Below are positions 1 to 9,087 of a stretch of 64,000 nucleotides of DNA, one piece after another (the first letter of the stretch is position 1; every line of letters starts with the position of its first letter). Source of the DNA: an uncultured Desulfospira sp. (lineage in GTDB: Bacteria; Desulfobacterota; Desulfobacteria; Desulfobacterales; Desulfobacteraceae); assembly GCA_963663165.1 (NCBI GenBank), contig OY760175.1, positions 2,560,001-2,624,000 of the forward strand, in the 5' to 3' direction. The notes beneath the pieces are model-generated. The model was not told where the DNA came from and searched no databases. It saw only the letters and a list, made by a program, of their open reading frames with translations. Made by a program: the position numbers and the translations under genes.

Positions 1-345
1 GTTAAAGCTTAAAAACATGTCCGCATACTCACTGGCCGCCCCTTTGATGATGTAATCCTGGAAAAATTTAGACTGCCGGGAGATATGGTTGACCATAAAA
101 TCAATAATCAGGTCAAAATCCTGGCCGATTTTCTCCACGTCCTCCCAGGTGCCGAAGGCCGGGTCCACCTCATCATAGGTCTTGGGGGCAAATCCCCTGT
201 CCGAAGAGGACGGGTAAAACGGCAGGATGTGGACCCCTCTGACCGCTTTTAAAAAATATTTTCTTAAGGCATAATGAAGCTCGGCCATGTCGTGGCCCAA
301 ACTGTCCGGATAGGTGATCAACTGGATTTTGTTTTTGAGTGTCAT
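1..345 (-). CDS. gtfA: Sucrose phosphorylase-family (GH13_18) enzyme, N-terminal 115 aa; runs off the window
   Basis: Manual translation gives MTLKNKIQLITYPDSLG...GVHILPFYPSSSDRGFAP..YDEVDPAFGTWED...DFMVNHIS. Its ATG overlaps the upstream TGA (ATGA, 345-342). Not in the ORF track. Confidence 0.85.
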   Translation of the reverse strand, partial: MTLKNKIQLITYPDSLGHDMAELHYALRKYFLKAVRGVHILPFYPSSSDRGFAPKTYDEVDPAFGTWEDVEKIGQDFDLIIDFMVNHISRQSKFFQDYIIKGAASEYADMFLSFN

Positions 346-2543
346 TGTAAAACAGACCCCTTTGCTTTGGTGGTAAACCGGTAATGGTCCATGCCTTCCA
401 GCATTCCGCCGGCATAGGTGTTTGTTGCAAAATAAATATTTCTTCTGGCGCGAAGCTCTTCAAGTTCGGGGCTGTAATTGCCCACCACTACCCCTAAAGG
501 CTCTCCTTTGAGCATTTCCGCATCATTGCCCGAATCTCCGCAGACCAGAAAATTTTTTAACGGGATCTGCCACTTGTAGCTTAAATACCGGATGGCCTTT
601 CCCTTGGATGCCCGGTAGGGAAGAATGTCCAGGTACTTGTTATGGGAGTATATCAGGGTGTAGTGGAACCGGTTTCTGGTCAGCACGTGGTGGACCCTGG
701 CCAGCCGGTCTTTACCGGGTGTCATATAATAGCTTAGTTTATAGGGGGTCTGCACGGCCTTTTCCTGGGGACGGATAAACCCGATCTCTTTTAAGCGCAG
801 CCGGATCAGGTCAGGCTTCCAGTTTTTTGAAATATGGGTTTCCCAGCCTTTGTCCGGGTAAAGATCCCGTCCATAATGAAGGCTTGCCCCTACACCGGAG
901 ATAATGATGTCCGGTGCCATGATCCCGTGTGCTTCAAGAATGGAAAGAACCGATTGAAAAATTCTTCCCGATGCCACGCCAAAGCCCATCCACTTTGAAT
1001 TTTCCTTTAAAATGGCCATAAGGGCTTCAACTTCAGCCGGATCTCCGCCCAAGAGGGTATTGTCAATGTCGGTAATGAGCATGAACTTCAGGCCGGTCAG
1101 CCGCTTTCCAATGCTGTGGTCAGGCGGCGTAACTTTCATATCGGTTCTCTGGTATTTCCGGCACAGGGTGCTGACCTGATCCACATAGGTGTTGACATGG
1201 CTTTTCCAGGTATACATTTTCCGGATATTCAAGATCCCGTTTTTAGAATACTGCTGCCACTTGTCCGGATGAACCATGATCTCTTTGACGGCCGATGAGA
1301 TGGCTTTGGTGTCTTTGGGATCCACCAGGGTGCCGCTCCGGCAGTTCCTGATGATATCCAGGGGCCCGCCGTTGTTGGTGGCCACCACGGGCAGGCCGCA
1401 GGCCAGGGCTTCAAGCAGGGTCAGGCCAAAGGGCTCGGTAAGGGAGGGGTTGACAAAGACCCCTTTTTTACGGGCGGCAATCCGGTAAAGCTCAGGCACC
1501 TCATACTCAAAGTCGTGCCGTTTGGGAATGGCCATTTTGCCGTAAAGATTGTACTTATCCATTAACAGCAGCATCTTTGTTAAAACATCCCGCTCAGTAT
1601 CCTCTTTTAAGGCAATGTCTTTTCTGATCCCGGCAAACACGGCCAGGTTGGCAATGGCCTGAAGGTCGTAATCTTCGCCATAGGCCTGAATGAGACCCTC
1701 AATGTTTTTCCGCTTATCCGGGCGGCACAGGACCAGGATCATGGGCTTGTCCGGGTGCTGGAAGAACCGGTCCAGTTCACTGGTGATGGACTGCCGGGCA
1801 AACAAAACCATCTCCTTTTCATCACTTTCCTCGAACTGGTCATGGTAATAGGGATGAAACCGGTCAATGTCGATTCCCGGCGGAATGACTTTGTACCGGG
1901 GCAGGGTCCTGTTCTTGTACATCCCGTACTGGCCTTCAATTTCCTGGGTGGTGGAGGTGACCACCAGGTCGCAGGTTTTTAAGATGCTTTCTTCCACCCT
2001 GATCCGGTGTTCGATTTTAAGCCGTTTGTCCAGATCAGCCGGGTCCGTGCCCTGGGCCGTGAGCCTGGCTTTTTTAGGCCGGCCAAGGGAGTGTCCGGTG
2101 TAGACAAAGGGGAGTCCGAAAAATCTGGCCAGCTCCTTTGCCACGTAGCCGGCGTCCGGGTAATGGCCGTGAACCAGGTCCGGTATGGTTTTCTGGGTCT
2201 GGATAAATTTGATGGTTTTATCCACAAATTCGTCCAGAAATGGCCAGAGCAGTTCTTTTCTGATATATTTTTTCCCCCCGCACTGGATTCTTATGATCCT
2301 GAATTTGTCGTTGACCTGCTCCCCGGGAAGGCTGTAATCCTCAGAGCAGGATTTGTCCTGAATTCTTCGGGTGAACAGATCAATTTTTCTGATGCCGGGG
2401 TGTTGGGACAACGCCTTGCACAATTCCACCAGATACTTGATCTGGCCGCCGGTATCCGCATCAAAGCCCAGTTCCATGTTGTCTGCTCTGAGCAGGCCGT
2501 GGATACTGAACATCTGTATGTAAAGTCCTTTGCCGGCAGTCAT
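342..2543 (-). CDS. Sucrose-phosphate synthase (GT4) fused to a sucrose-phosphate phosphatase-like HAD-IIB domain
   Basis: SIHGLLR..ELG.DADTGGQIKY, HGHYPDAG, EPFGLTLLEA; C-terminal DIDNTL and GDSGND HAD motifs. Confidence 0.9.
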   Translation of the reverse strand: MTAGKGLYIQMFSIHGLLRADNMELGFDADTGGQIKYLVELCKALSQHPGIRKIDLFTRRIQDKSCSEDYSLPGEQVNDKFRIIRIQCGGKKYIRKELLWPFLDEFVDKTIKFIQTQKTIPDLVHGHYPDAGYVAKELARFFGLPFVYTGHSLGRPKKARLTAQGTDPADLDKRLKIEHRIRVEESILKTCDLVVTSTTQEIEGQYGMYKNRTLPRYKVIPPGIDIDRFHPYYHDQFEESDEKEMVLFARQSITSELDRFFQHPDKPMILVLCRPDKRKNIEGLIQAYGEDYDLQAIANLAVFAGIRKDIALKEDTERDVLTKMLLLMDKYNLYGKMAIPKRHDFEYEVPELYRIAARKKGVFVNPSLTEPFGLTLLEALACGLPVVATNNGGPLDIIRNCRSGTLVDPKDTKAISSAVKEIMVHPDKWQQYSKNGILNIRKMYTWKSHVNTYVDQVSTLCRKYQRTDMKVTPPDHSIGKRLTGLKFMLITDIDNTLLGGDPAEVEALMAILKENSKWMGFGVASGRIFQSVLSILEAHGIMAPDIIISGVGASLHYGRDLYPDKGWETHISKNWKPDLIRLRLKEIGFIRPQEKAVQTPYKLSYYMTPGKDRLARVHHVLTRNRFHYTLIYSHNKYLDILPYRASKGKAIRYLSYKWQIPLKNFLVCGDSGNDAEMLKGEPLGVVVGNYSPELEELRARRNIYFATNTYAGGMLEGMDHYRFTTKAKGSVLQ

Positions 2544-3442
2544 AGGCTTGCCAATTTTTGGATAAATTCAAGGTAAAAACCGTCATCGTCAGGCAGGGCC
2601 CCCCGAATCTTGCAGATGCCCAGGGCAAATTCATGGGCCAGGTGCAGGGAACGGTCCTGTGGCGCCCCTTTAAGCAGGCAGGCCGCGGCCATGGCCGCAT
2701 AGGCGTCTCCGGCCCCTACCGTATCGGCTATGTTACCCTTCAGGGAAGGTAACCCGGTTTTTTCCACCTGTCCCTGAAATGCCCACAGGCTTCCGTTGGC
2801 GCCAAGGGTAAGGATAAGGGTTTTAATTTTATGGGTGTTCATAAAGGTGTGGAGCAACGAATCAATTTGGGGATCAAAGGGGTCATGGCCTGAAATCAGC
2901 CGGAACTCTTCGTCACTGAGTTTAAGGATATCCGATGCCCCAAGGCAGGTTTCAACCGTGAGATCAGACCAGGCATCAGGCCTTAGGTTGATATCGCAGA
3001 ACACCCGGGTTGCGGCCGGTTTTTGTGAAAGGATTTGTTGAATCAGTTCCCGGCCATTCAGGGTTCTCTGGACCAGACTGCCAAAGTAAAGACAATCGAA
3101 AGATTCTGCCATAATGCCGGCCAGGCGGGTGTCAAACTCAATATAATCCCAGGCCGCATCAGCGAGAATCTCAAAGCCGTGGCTGCCGTCATCATACAAG
3201 GTCACCTTTACGGCACCGGTGTCATGGACCGGGTCAATCTGGATATCTAAGGTGTCAAAGCCATGGGAGTCCAGAAATTTGAGGATACCCCTTCCGTTTT
3301 TATCTTTGCCCACCCGGGAGATGAACCGGACATCAACGCCCAGTTTTTTTAGATGAAAGGCAAAATTAAAGGGCGCCCCGCCCAATTGTCTGCCGTCCGG
3401 GAAAAGGTCATACAGAATTTCGCCTAAAATGAGTATCATCAC
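2540..3442 (-). CDS. PfkB-family carbohydrate kinase (probable fructokinase)
   Basis: GGAPFN and DTVGAGDAY motifs; first gene of the sucrose cluster; ATG at 3439. Confidence 0.9.
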   Translation of the reverse strand: MMILILGEILYDLFPDGRQLGGAPFNFAFHLKKLGVDVRFISRVGKDKNGRGILKFLDSHGFDTLDIQIDPVHDTGAVKVTLYDDGSHGFEILADAAWDYIEFDTRLAGIMAESFDCLYFGSLVQRTLNGRELIQQILSQKPAATRVFCDINLRPDAWSDLTVETCLGASDILKLSDEEFRLISGHDPFDPQIDSLLHTFMNTHKIKTLILTLGANGSLWAFQGQVEKTGLPSLKGNIADTVGAGDAYAAMAAACLLKGAPQDRSLHLAHEFALGICKIRGALPDDDGFYLEFIQKLASL

Positions 3443-3556
3443 GTCAAAATTTTAAATCCAAAGCAATAAAAAAAGAGTTATGCTTTGTTTGGTTCTAAAT
3501 AATTTGGTTTTGGCGACGGTGTCGCTTTATTGGGACTGGGGTGTTTAGTTTAATGC

Positions 3557-3585
3557 AGTATACCCAGTGACATGAACTGCGTCAA
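3557..3585 (-). promoter_or_regulatory. Sigma70-type promoter of the sucrose operon
   Basis: Minus strand TTGACG-N17-TATACT, about 115 bp upstream of pfkB. Confidence 0.6.
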
Positions 3586-3637
3586 GTTTCCTGGATTTTC
3601 GGTGTCCGTGAACCTGATGTGAAAGGGATCAGGATAA

Positions 3638-3728
3638 CTTCAATATAATGCAGGGGATTAAACTGAAGGCGGAAGGGGTTTAGGGTTTTGCATCCCTTCA
3701 GCCGAACCGCCTTCAGCCTAATTACCTT
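3638..3728. repeat. 91-bp palindromic dispersed repeat, copy 1
   Basis: Gapless 79/91 match to 45418-45508; internal CTGAAGG...CCTTCAG inverted repeat. Confidence 0.8.
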
Positions 3729-3736
3729 ATTCAACC

Positions 3737-3765
3737 TTGAATTTAAGGCAAACACCCTTTATGAT
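3737..3765 (+). promoter_or_regulatory. Sigma70-type promoter
   Basis: TTGAAT-N17-TATGAT upstream of the ACT gene; GAGGA RBS before the ATG. Confidence 0.45.
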
Positions 3766-3798
3766 TAAAAAATTTTTAAATAACCAGAGGAAGATACC

Positions 3799-4329
3799 AT
3801 GGAACAGTCACAGTTCATTTTAACCGCGTTTGGCAAGGACCGGCCCGGAATTGTCGCCCAGATTGCTGAAATTATTTTTGAAAACCAGTGCAATCTTGAA
3901 GATTCAAACATGGGCCACCTGGCCGATGAATTTACCCTGATCCTGCTCTTGTCCGGCCGGGGGGAAAATCTTGAGCAGGCCCTGTCCCGGGATTTAAAAC
4001 GTCTGGAAAGGGAAAAGGGGATATCGGCCTTTATCCGGCCCGTTGAATATGCCCATCCGGCAAATGGGGAAAGCGGCCAAAAGGCCGTTATAGGGGCCGA
4101 AGGGGTGGACCAGGCCGGGATTGTATACAAGATCAGCCGGCTACTGGCAGACCGGGATGTGAACATTGAAACCCTGGCCTCCCGGAAAAAATATTCCCCC
4201 AACAGCGGAACCGCCATGTATGATCTTGAAATCAAGGCGTCCCTGCCGCTGAATATATCTCCGGCCGCTTTGAGCGATGACCTGGAAGAACTGGGCAATG
4301 AGCTGAACGTGGATATCCGCCTGGGGTGA
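3799..4329 (+). CDS. Tandem ACT-domain protein (GcvR-like)
   Basis: G.DRPGIV and G.DQAGIV ACT motifs. Confidence 0.85.
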   Translation: MEQSQFILTAFGKDRPGIVAQIAEIIFENQCNLEDSNMGHLADEFTLILLLSGRGENLEQALSRDLKRLEREKGISAFIRPVEYAHPANGESGQKAVIGAEGVDQAGIVYKISRLLADRDVNIETLASRKKYSPNSGTAMYDLEIKASLPLNISPAALSDDLEELGNELNVDIRLG

Positions 4330-5970
4330 TCAGGCAAGTCGTGCCAGAAGGGCCTCCTGCTCATCCAGGATCTCATCCAGGATCCGGGGGCTGGTATAGG
4401 GATTCATCAGAACCGACCGCAATACCACCACCTCTTTGTCATCTTTGGCAGACACCTTAAGCCGGGTCCGGGAGACAAAGCTTTTGCCCGCCTCCCGCTG
4501 GGTGCGCTGGATACGGGTGTTGAGTTCATCCAGCTTCTGGTTCAGCTGCCGGCAGCGTTCTTTATCCGGTGATGAATCCAGTTCTTTTCTGATAGGAAGG
4601 GGCACCAGACGGTAGGTTAAAATATTCAGCCGGGGCCTGGAAATAAGCTGGAACAGGGGACGGGCGTTGATTTTTTCGGCAAAGATTTTGGCCGTCTCAA
4701 TGCCGTGGTCGATCATGAGGCCATACCCCTTTGATCCCATGATTTTCAGGGAGGAATCAAGAATCAGGGAATTGGCCTCCCGGGACCCCTCCAGGGTTTT
4801 GATGCCCAGATCAACGGATCCTTTCCGGTTGACATAACGGGCATGGTAAACAATCTGGTCCATGGCTTTAGGATCTTTGAAATAGACCATCCCGGCGGTC
4901 ATGGGCATGTAAAACTGCTTGTGGCAGTCAATGGTTACGGAATCGGCCTGTTCGATACCCGAAAGAAGTCCGGCATATTTCTCCGATAACAGGACAGGTC
5001 CCCCCCAGGCCGCATCCACATGAAAGTGGATGTTATGGGTTTTGCAGATGGCGGCAAGTTCGGGCAAGGGGTCAATGGTCCCGGTTTCCGTGGCCCCGGC
5101 CACCCCGACCACGGCCATGATTTTTGTTTTCCCGTCAGCGGTGACCTCCTGAATCATCCGGTTTAATACAGCCAGATCAATGCCTTTATTTTCATCGGCA
5201 TCCACGGGAATGACGTTCCGGTTTCCAATCCCCAGAATGCCGCCGGCTTTTTTAAGTGAAAAATGGCCTTTTCTGGACACCAGGACCACCATCCGCTCCA
5301 ACCCGTAAGCTTTTAAGCCTTCAAACAGCCCGTCGGCTTCAATGCCTGAAAAGCCTTTTTTGGGGGGAAGGGCAAGGTTTCTGGCGGTCCAGAGGGCGGT
5401 CAGGTTGGCCGTGGTGCCGCCGCTGGTGAATCCCCCAAGACAGGTCTCAACATTCTGGACATGGGCATTGTAAAAGGCCTCATCTTTCTGGTAAATCATC
5501 CGGTGAACCTTGGCCAGGACCTGTTTTTCCAGGACGGAGAGCACCTTGGAGGTCTCCACTTTGATGACGTTCTGGTTTAAGGCAGCGGCAATGGCTTTTA
5601 AATGGACCATGAAAAAGGGAACCGCCGAGGTCATATGTCCGATAAAATAGGGTGAGGCCACGTTCACGGCTCTCGGGGCGATATCGTTGATGATATCCTC
5701 TATAACGTCGGCCAGTTTTTTTAAAGGCTCCCGGTTGATCCGTGTGTCGGTAAACTCTGTTGCCAGTTCGGCCAGGCTGATTTCTTCGGTGACCCCTACG
5801 TTCCGGTTTAAAAAATCATGGAGCCCGAACAGAATCTGCTCCATATATTTGACCAGGGTCTTTCTGGAGTTTTCGTCTTCGGGCCGGATAAAAACCCGGT
5901 TTAAGGCTTCCCAGTCCGCAACCAGCTGTTTGGACCGAAAGGTTTGGGGTGTGGTGTCAAGATGAGTCAT
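4330..5970 (-). CDS. panP: PLP-dependent group II decarboxylase, probable aspartate 1-decarboxylase
   Basis: FIGHMTSA, SGGTTAN, HVDAAWGG, DCHKQF (PLP lysine), GKSFVSRT. Confidence 0.8.
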   Translation of the reverse strand: MTHLDTTPQTFRSKQLVADWEALNRVFIRPEDENSRKTLVKYMEQILFGLHDFLNRNVGVTEEISLAELATEFTDTRINREPLKKLADVIEDIINDIAPRAVNVASPYFIGHMTSAVPFFMVHLKAIAAALNQNVIKVETSKVLSVLEKQVLAKVHRMIYQKDEAFYNAHVQNVETCLGGFTSGGTTANLTALWTARNLALPPKKGFSGIEADGLFEGLKAYGLERMVVLVSRKGHFSLKKAGGILGIGNRNVIPVDADENKGIDLAVLNRMIQEVTADGKTKIMAVVGVAGATETGTIDPLPELAAICKTHNIHFHVDAAWGGPVLLSEKYAGLLSGIEQADSVTIDCHKQFYMPMTAGMVYFKDPKAMDQIVYHARYVNRKGSVDLGIKTLEGSREANSLILDSSLKIMGSKGYGLMIDHGIETAKIFAEKINARPLFQLISRPRLNILTYRLVPLPIRKELDSSPDKERCRQLNQKLDELNTRIQRTQREAGKSFVSRTRLKVSAKDDKEVVVLRSVLMNPYTSPRILDEILDEQEALLARLA

Positions 5971-6097
5971 AGGGTTTTGTGAATTATGGGTTAAAGGGTT
6001 GTATAATGCCTGTCCCGGGGAAAATAGTCAAGATACAAGAAACAAGATGCCAGGGTGGGGAGACCAATTTTGATGATGAGGATAATAATGTATAAAA

Positions 6098-6182
6098 TGG
6101 GGACTTGGGATATGGGATATGGGACTTGGGTAGGCCGTGGATACGGCAATCCCCAAGTCCCATATCCCAAGTCCCAAGTCCA
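6098..6182. repeat. Inverted heptamer tandem arrays, (TGGGAYW)n-loop-(TCCCAAG)n
   Basis: Arms of about 30 bp around an inner GCCGT..ACGGC hairpin. Confidence 0.85.
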
Positions 6183-6264
6183 TTATATTGAAGATCAACC
6201 TGCTATTGTGTTTAATTCCACGATGGCCTGTTTTTACATTGCCTGACAGGAAAAAAGGGGGCAT

Positions 6265-7041
6265 ATGGGAAATAACGAAAGAATGGGGGTAACAATTCTG
6301 GGGTCAGGGACCTGTGTGCCGTCTTTGGAGCGGCATGCCTGTTCGATTCTGGTGTCAGGGGGCGGATTGAATATCCTGGTGGATGCCGGCCCGGGCACCA
6401 TGGGCCAGCTGTTAAAAATCGGGAAGGGAATTGACGATATTGATGTCATCTTGCTGAGCCACTTTCATCCGGATCACTGTGCCGAGCTGGCGCCATTTGT
6501 CTTTTCCACAAAGTATCCCAAGCTTGACCGGGTAAAGCCCCTGACCCTTGGCGGCGGAACAGGGATCCGACAGCTGTTTGACCGCCTGAATACGGCCTAC
6601 GGCAAAACCCTTGAAATGCCGGAAGATTTGTTACACATCCTGGAGTTTGAGGAAAACGGAGAGGCCCAATGGGGTGACGGCCTTAAGGTTGCCTATGCAA
6701 AACCCGTCCATAATCCTGAAAGCCGGGCCTTTCGGTTTACCGGTCCGTCCGGGGACAGCGTGGTTTACTCCGGGGATACGGATTATTCCGGGGAACTGAT
6801 ACGCCTTTCTCTTGGTGCCGGTATCCTGATCTGCGAGTCCGCCCTCCCGGACGGTCAAAAGGTTAAAGGCCACCTGACCCCGTCCCTGGCAGGGAAGATC
6901 GCGGTCCAGGCCGGGGTGAACCACCTGGTTCTCACCCATTTTTATCCCGAATGCGATGCCGTGGACATCAGGGCCGAATGCCGGAAAACCTGGCCCGGCC
7001 CCCTGACCCTGGCCCGAGATTTGATGAGACTTGGGATATGA
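6265..7041 (+). CDS. Metallo-beta-lactamase-fold hydrolase (RNase Z-like)
   Basis: LGSGT, SHFHPDH, YSGDT, GHLT, LTHFY. Confidence 0.85.
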   Translation: MGNNERMGVTILGSGTCVPSLERHACSILVSGGGLNILVDAGPGTMGQLLKIGKGIDDIDVILLSHFHPDHCAELAPFVFSTKYPKLDRVKPLTLGGGTGIRQLFDRLNTAYGKTLEMPEDLLHILEFEENGEAQWGDGLKVAYAKPVHNPESRAFRFTGPSGDSVVYSGDTDYSGELIRLSLGAGILICESALPDGQKVKGHLTPSLAGKIAVQAGVNHLVLTHFYPECDAVDIRAECRKTWPGPLTLARDLMRLGI

Positions 7042-7121
7042 GGTATGGGACTTGGGATATGGGAAGATTCCCCAAGCCCCAAGCCCCAAGTCCCAAACCC
7101 CAAGCCCCAAGTCCCATATCT
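7027..7121. repeat. Inverted heptamer tandem arrays between convergent genes
   Basis: ACTTGGG/ATATGGG units followed by CCCCAAG/TCCCAAG units; overlaps both stop codons. Confidence 0.85.
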
Positions 7122-7929
7122 ATTCTATTAATTGAGTTGGCCGGTCACAGGACACTACATCCGCCCCAAGCGCAATGGCTTTTTCGGCCCGCTGCTTTAA
7201 GTCATGGGTCCCCCACAGGTAAACAAACACCTTTGCCCCGGCCTGCCGGGCCTCTTCAAACCCGCACCGGGGGAAAAACCATTCCGAAGCAAACAGGGCG
7301 TCCGCGTCCAGGGCCGTGATAACAAAGGTGGGCAAATCCTGGATTTTCCACCAGGTCAGAAGATCTACGGCGATTTTCAGACCGGGATTCAGGGCCTTTA
7401 AAGCCTTTGCCGTTTGCGTCTCCTTGAGGGGATCGGCAATGAAAAAATAGACCTGGTCGGCCATGTCTTCTGCCAGAACAATCCGGCCGGCCTTTACAGG
7501 GTCTGCATCTTTCAGGTCAAGGGTCAAAATGAAATCCGGGTCAGGCCGGACCAGATCCAGGGCCTCTTTGAGGGTTAATATTTTTTGTTGGGTAACCTTT
7601 CCGGTTCCGTCTTTGAGAAACAGGGCCTTGAGCTGTTCAAGGTTTTTTTCGCTGACCTTGCCCTGTCCTGTGGTACAGCGGTCCAGGAAATCGTCATGGA
7701 GAAGGACCAGGCGGCCGTCCATGCTGGTCCTCAAGTCCACTTCGCTGCCGAAAATGCCCAGGTCCATGGCCGCTTTGATGCTGCCGGCACAATTTTCCGG
7801 ATAGGTCCCGGTGATCCCCCGGTGGGCGCACACCCTGTCTTTATTCAGCCCTTGGCCCTGGGCAAATGTCGCGGGAATCGTCAGCCAGCAGACCAGGCTA
7901 ACGGCCAGCCATAAAGTTGTTTTTTTCAT
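7120..7929 (-). CDS. Secreted glycerophosphodiester phosphodiesterase
   Basis: AHRG, PEN, EVDLR, LLHD motifs; signal peptide from ATG 7929 (MKKTTLWL). Confidence 0.85.
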   Translation of the reverse strand: MKKTTLWLAVSLVCWLTIPATFAQGQGLNKDRVCAHRGITGTYPENCAGSIKAAMDLGIFGSEVDLRTSMDGRLVLLHDDFLDRCTTGQGKVSEKNLEQLKALFLKDGTGKVTQQKILTLKEALDLVRPDPDFILTLDLKDADPVKAGRIVLAEDMADQVYFFIADPLKETQTAKALKALNPGLKIAVDLLTWWKIQDLPTFVITALDADALFASEWFFPRCGFEEARQAGAKVFVYLWGTHDLKQRAEKAIALGADVVSCDRPTQLIE

Positions 7930-8211
7930 TGTTATATTCCTCTTTAGGGGTTTTGGGCCGGGATGATAATACAAATTATAAAAGAATGCTGGTACTTTTT
8001 TGCTCAAATGCAGGGATTTTTTTGCGGAATATGTGAATCAGTGCTGACGCATGAAAATTTATAGTCAATGATATCAATGACGCAGCTCGATATCCAAAAT
8101 TATTTTGTCGCAAAATTTAAATAGACAAAATTTCGGCCTTTTGATAATGTAGCATAGGGTACGAATGAGCGCCCCCCCAATCGAGACACTACATTTGAAG
8201 AGGAGGATGTC

Positions 8212-9087
8212 GTGATTGTCCAATGTGGCCGGAAAATTAAAGACGAAGAGCTTATACAGATTTGCGAGACAGTAGAGACCTTTTCGAATTTGAGTCAGAC
8301 TGAACTGGCTCATACAATATGCGAACATTTGGGCTGGTATACCGCTTCTGGTAGGAACAAGGTGGATGCCTGCCGGAAATTGCTTCTGCGACTGGAGTCC
8401 CAAGGTCTCATACGGTTGCCTGAAAAAGAGAAACTCGGTCCCATAAAGGGCTCTCAACAGAAACTGCCGGTAGCGGACGACAGGACCCAGCCCCAAGATA
8501 AGGTAGCGGGCACGCTTTCGGATATCGGGCCGATCGTTGTCAGGGTCGCACAAGACACGGAAGAACGCTCACTGGTTAATGAATACCTGCACCGTTACCA
8601 TTATCTTGGCTACAAGCGGCCGTTCGGATGTCATCTGCGTTATTTGATACAAGCTCAAGAGCGCATATTGGGATGTATGCTGTTCTCAGGGGCGGCCAAG
8701 GCGCTGACCCCGAGGGATCGATGGATCGGCTGGAGCACCAACGAACGCTTAAGAAACTTGGGATTTGTTGTAAACAATGGACGCTTCCTGATTTTTCCGT
8801 GGGTCAAGGTCCGGTATCTGGCAAGTCACGTATTGGGTAAAATTGTCAGAGATCTGGTGCAAGACTGGGAGCGGAGCTGGGGGTATCGGCCGGCTTTGCT
8901 GGAGACCTTTGTCGACCCACAACACTTCGATGGGACGTGCTATCGGGCGGCCAATTTTAGACACCTTGGCATGACCAGCGGAAAGGGGCTTGTCCGGCAG
9001 GGTAGAAGTTACAGGACCAGTCCCAAAAAAATCTTCGTTTATCCGCTGGTGAATAATTTCCGTCAGGTTTTGAGGCAGATCGGATGA
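8212..9087 (+). CDS. DUF4338 (DruA-like) protein, IS passenger
   Basis: RYHYLG, RDRWIGW, NN.RFLI.PW, LASH.LG, ETFVD..F.GTCYRAAN. Confidence 0.85.
   Translation: MIVQCGRKIKDEELIQICETVETFSNLSQTELAHTICEHLGWYTASGRNKVDACRKLLLRLESQGLIRLPEKEKLGPIKGSQQKLPVADDRTQPQDKVAGTLSDIGPIVVRVAQDTEERSLVNEYLHRYHYLGYKRPFGCHLRYLIQAQERILGCMLFSGAAKALTPRDRWIGWSTNERLRNLGFVVNNGRFLIFPWVKVRYLASHVLGKIVRDLVQDWERSWGYRPALLETFVDPQHFDGTCYRAANFRHLGMTSGKGLVRQGRSYRTSPKKIFVYPLVNNFRQVLRQIG

Noticed and set aside
6028..7319. Short ORFs with GIWD/PKSQ repeats (6028-6264, 6055-6246, 6631-7110, 6951-7319)
   Set aside because: Translations of heptamer arrays or shadows of the MBL and GDPD genes
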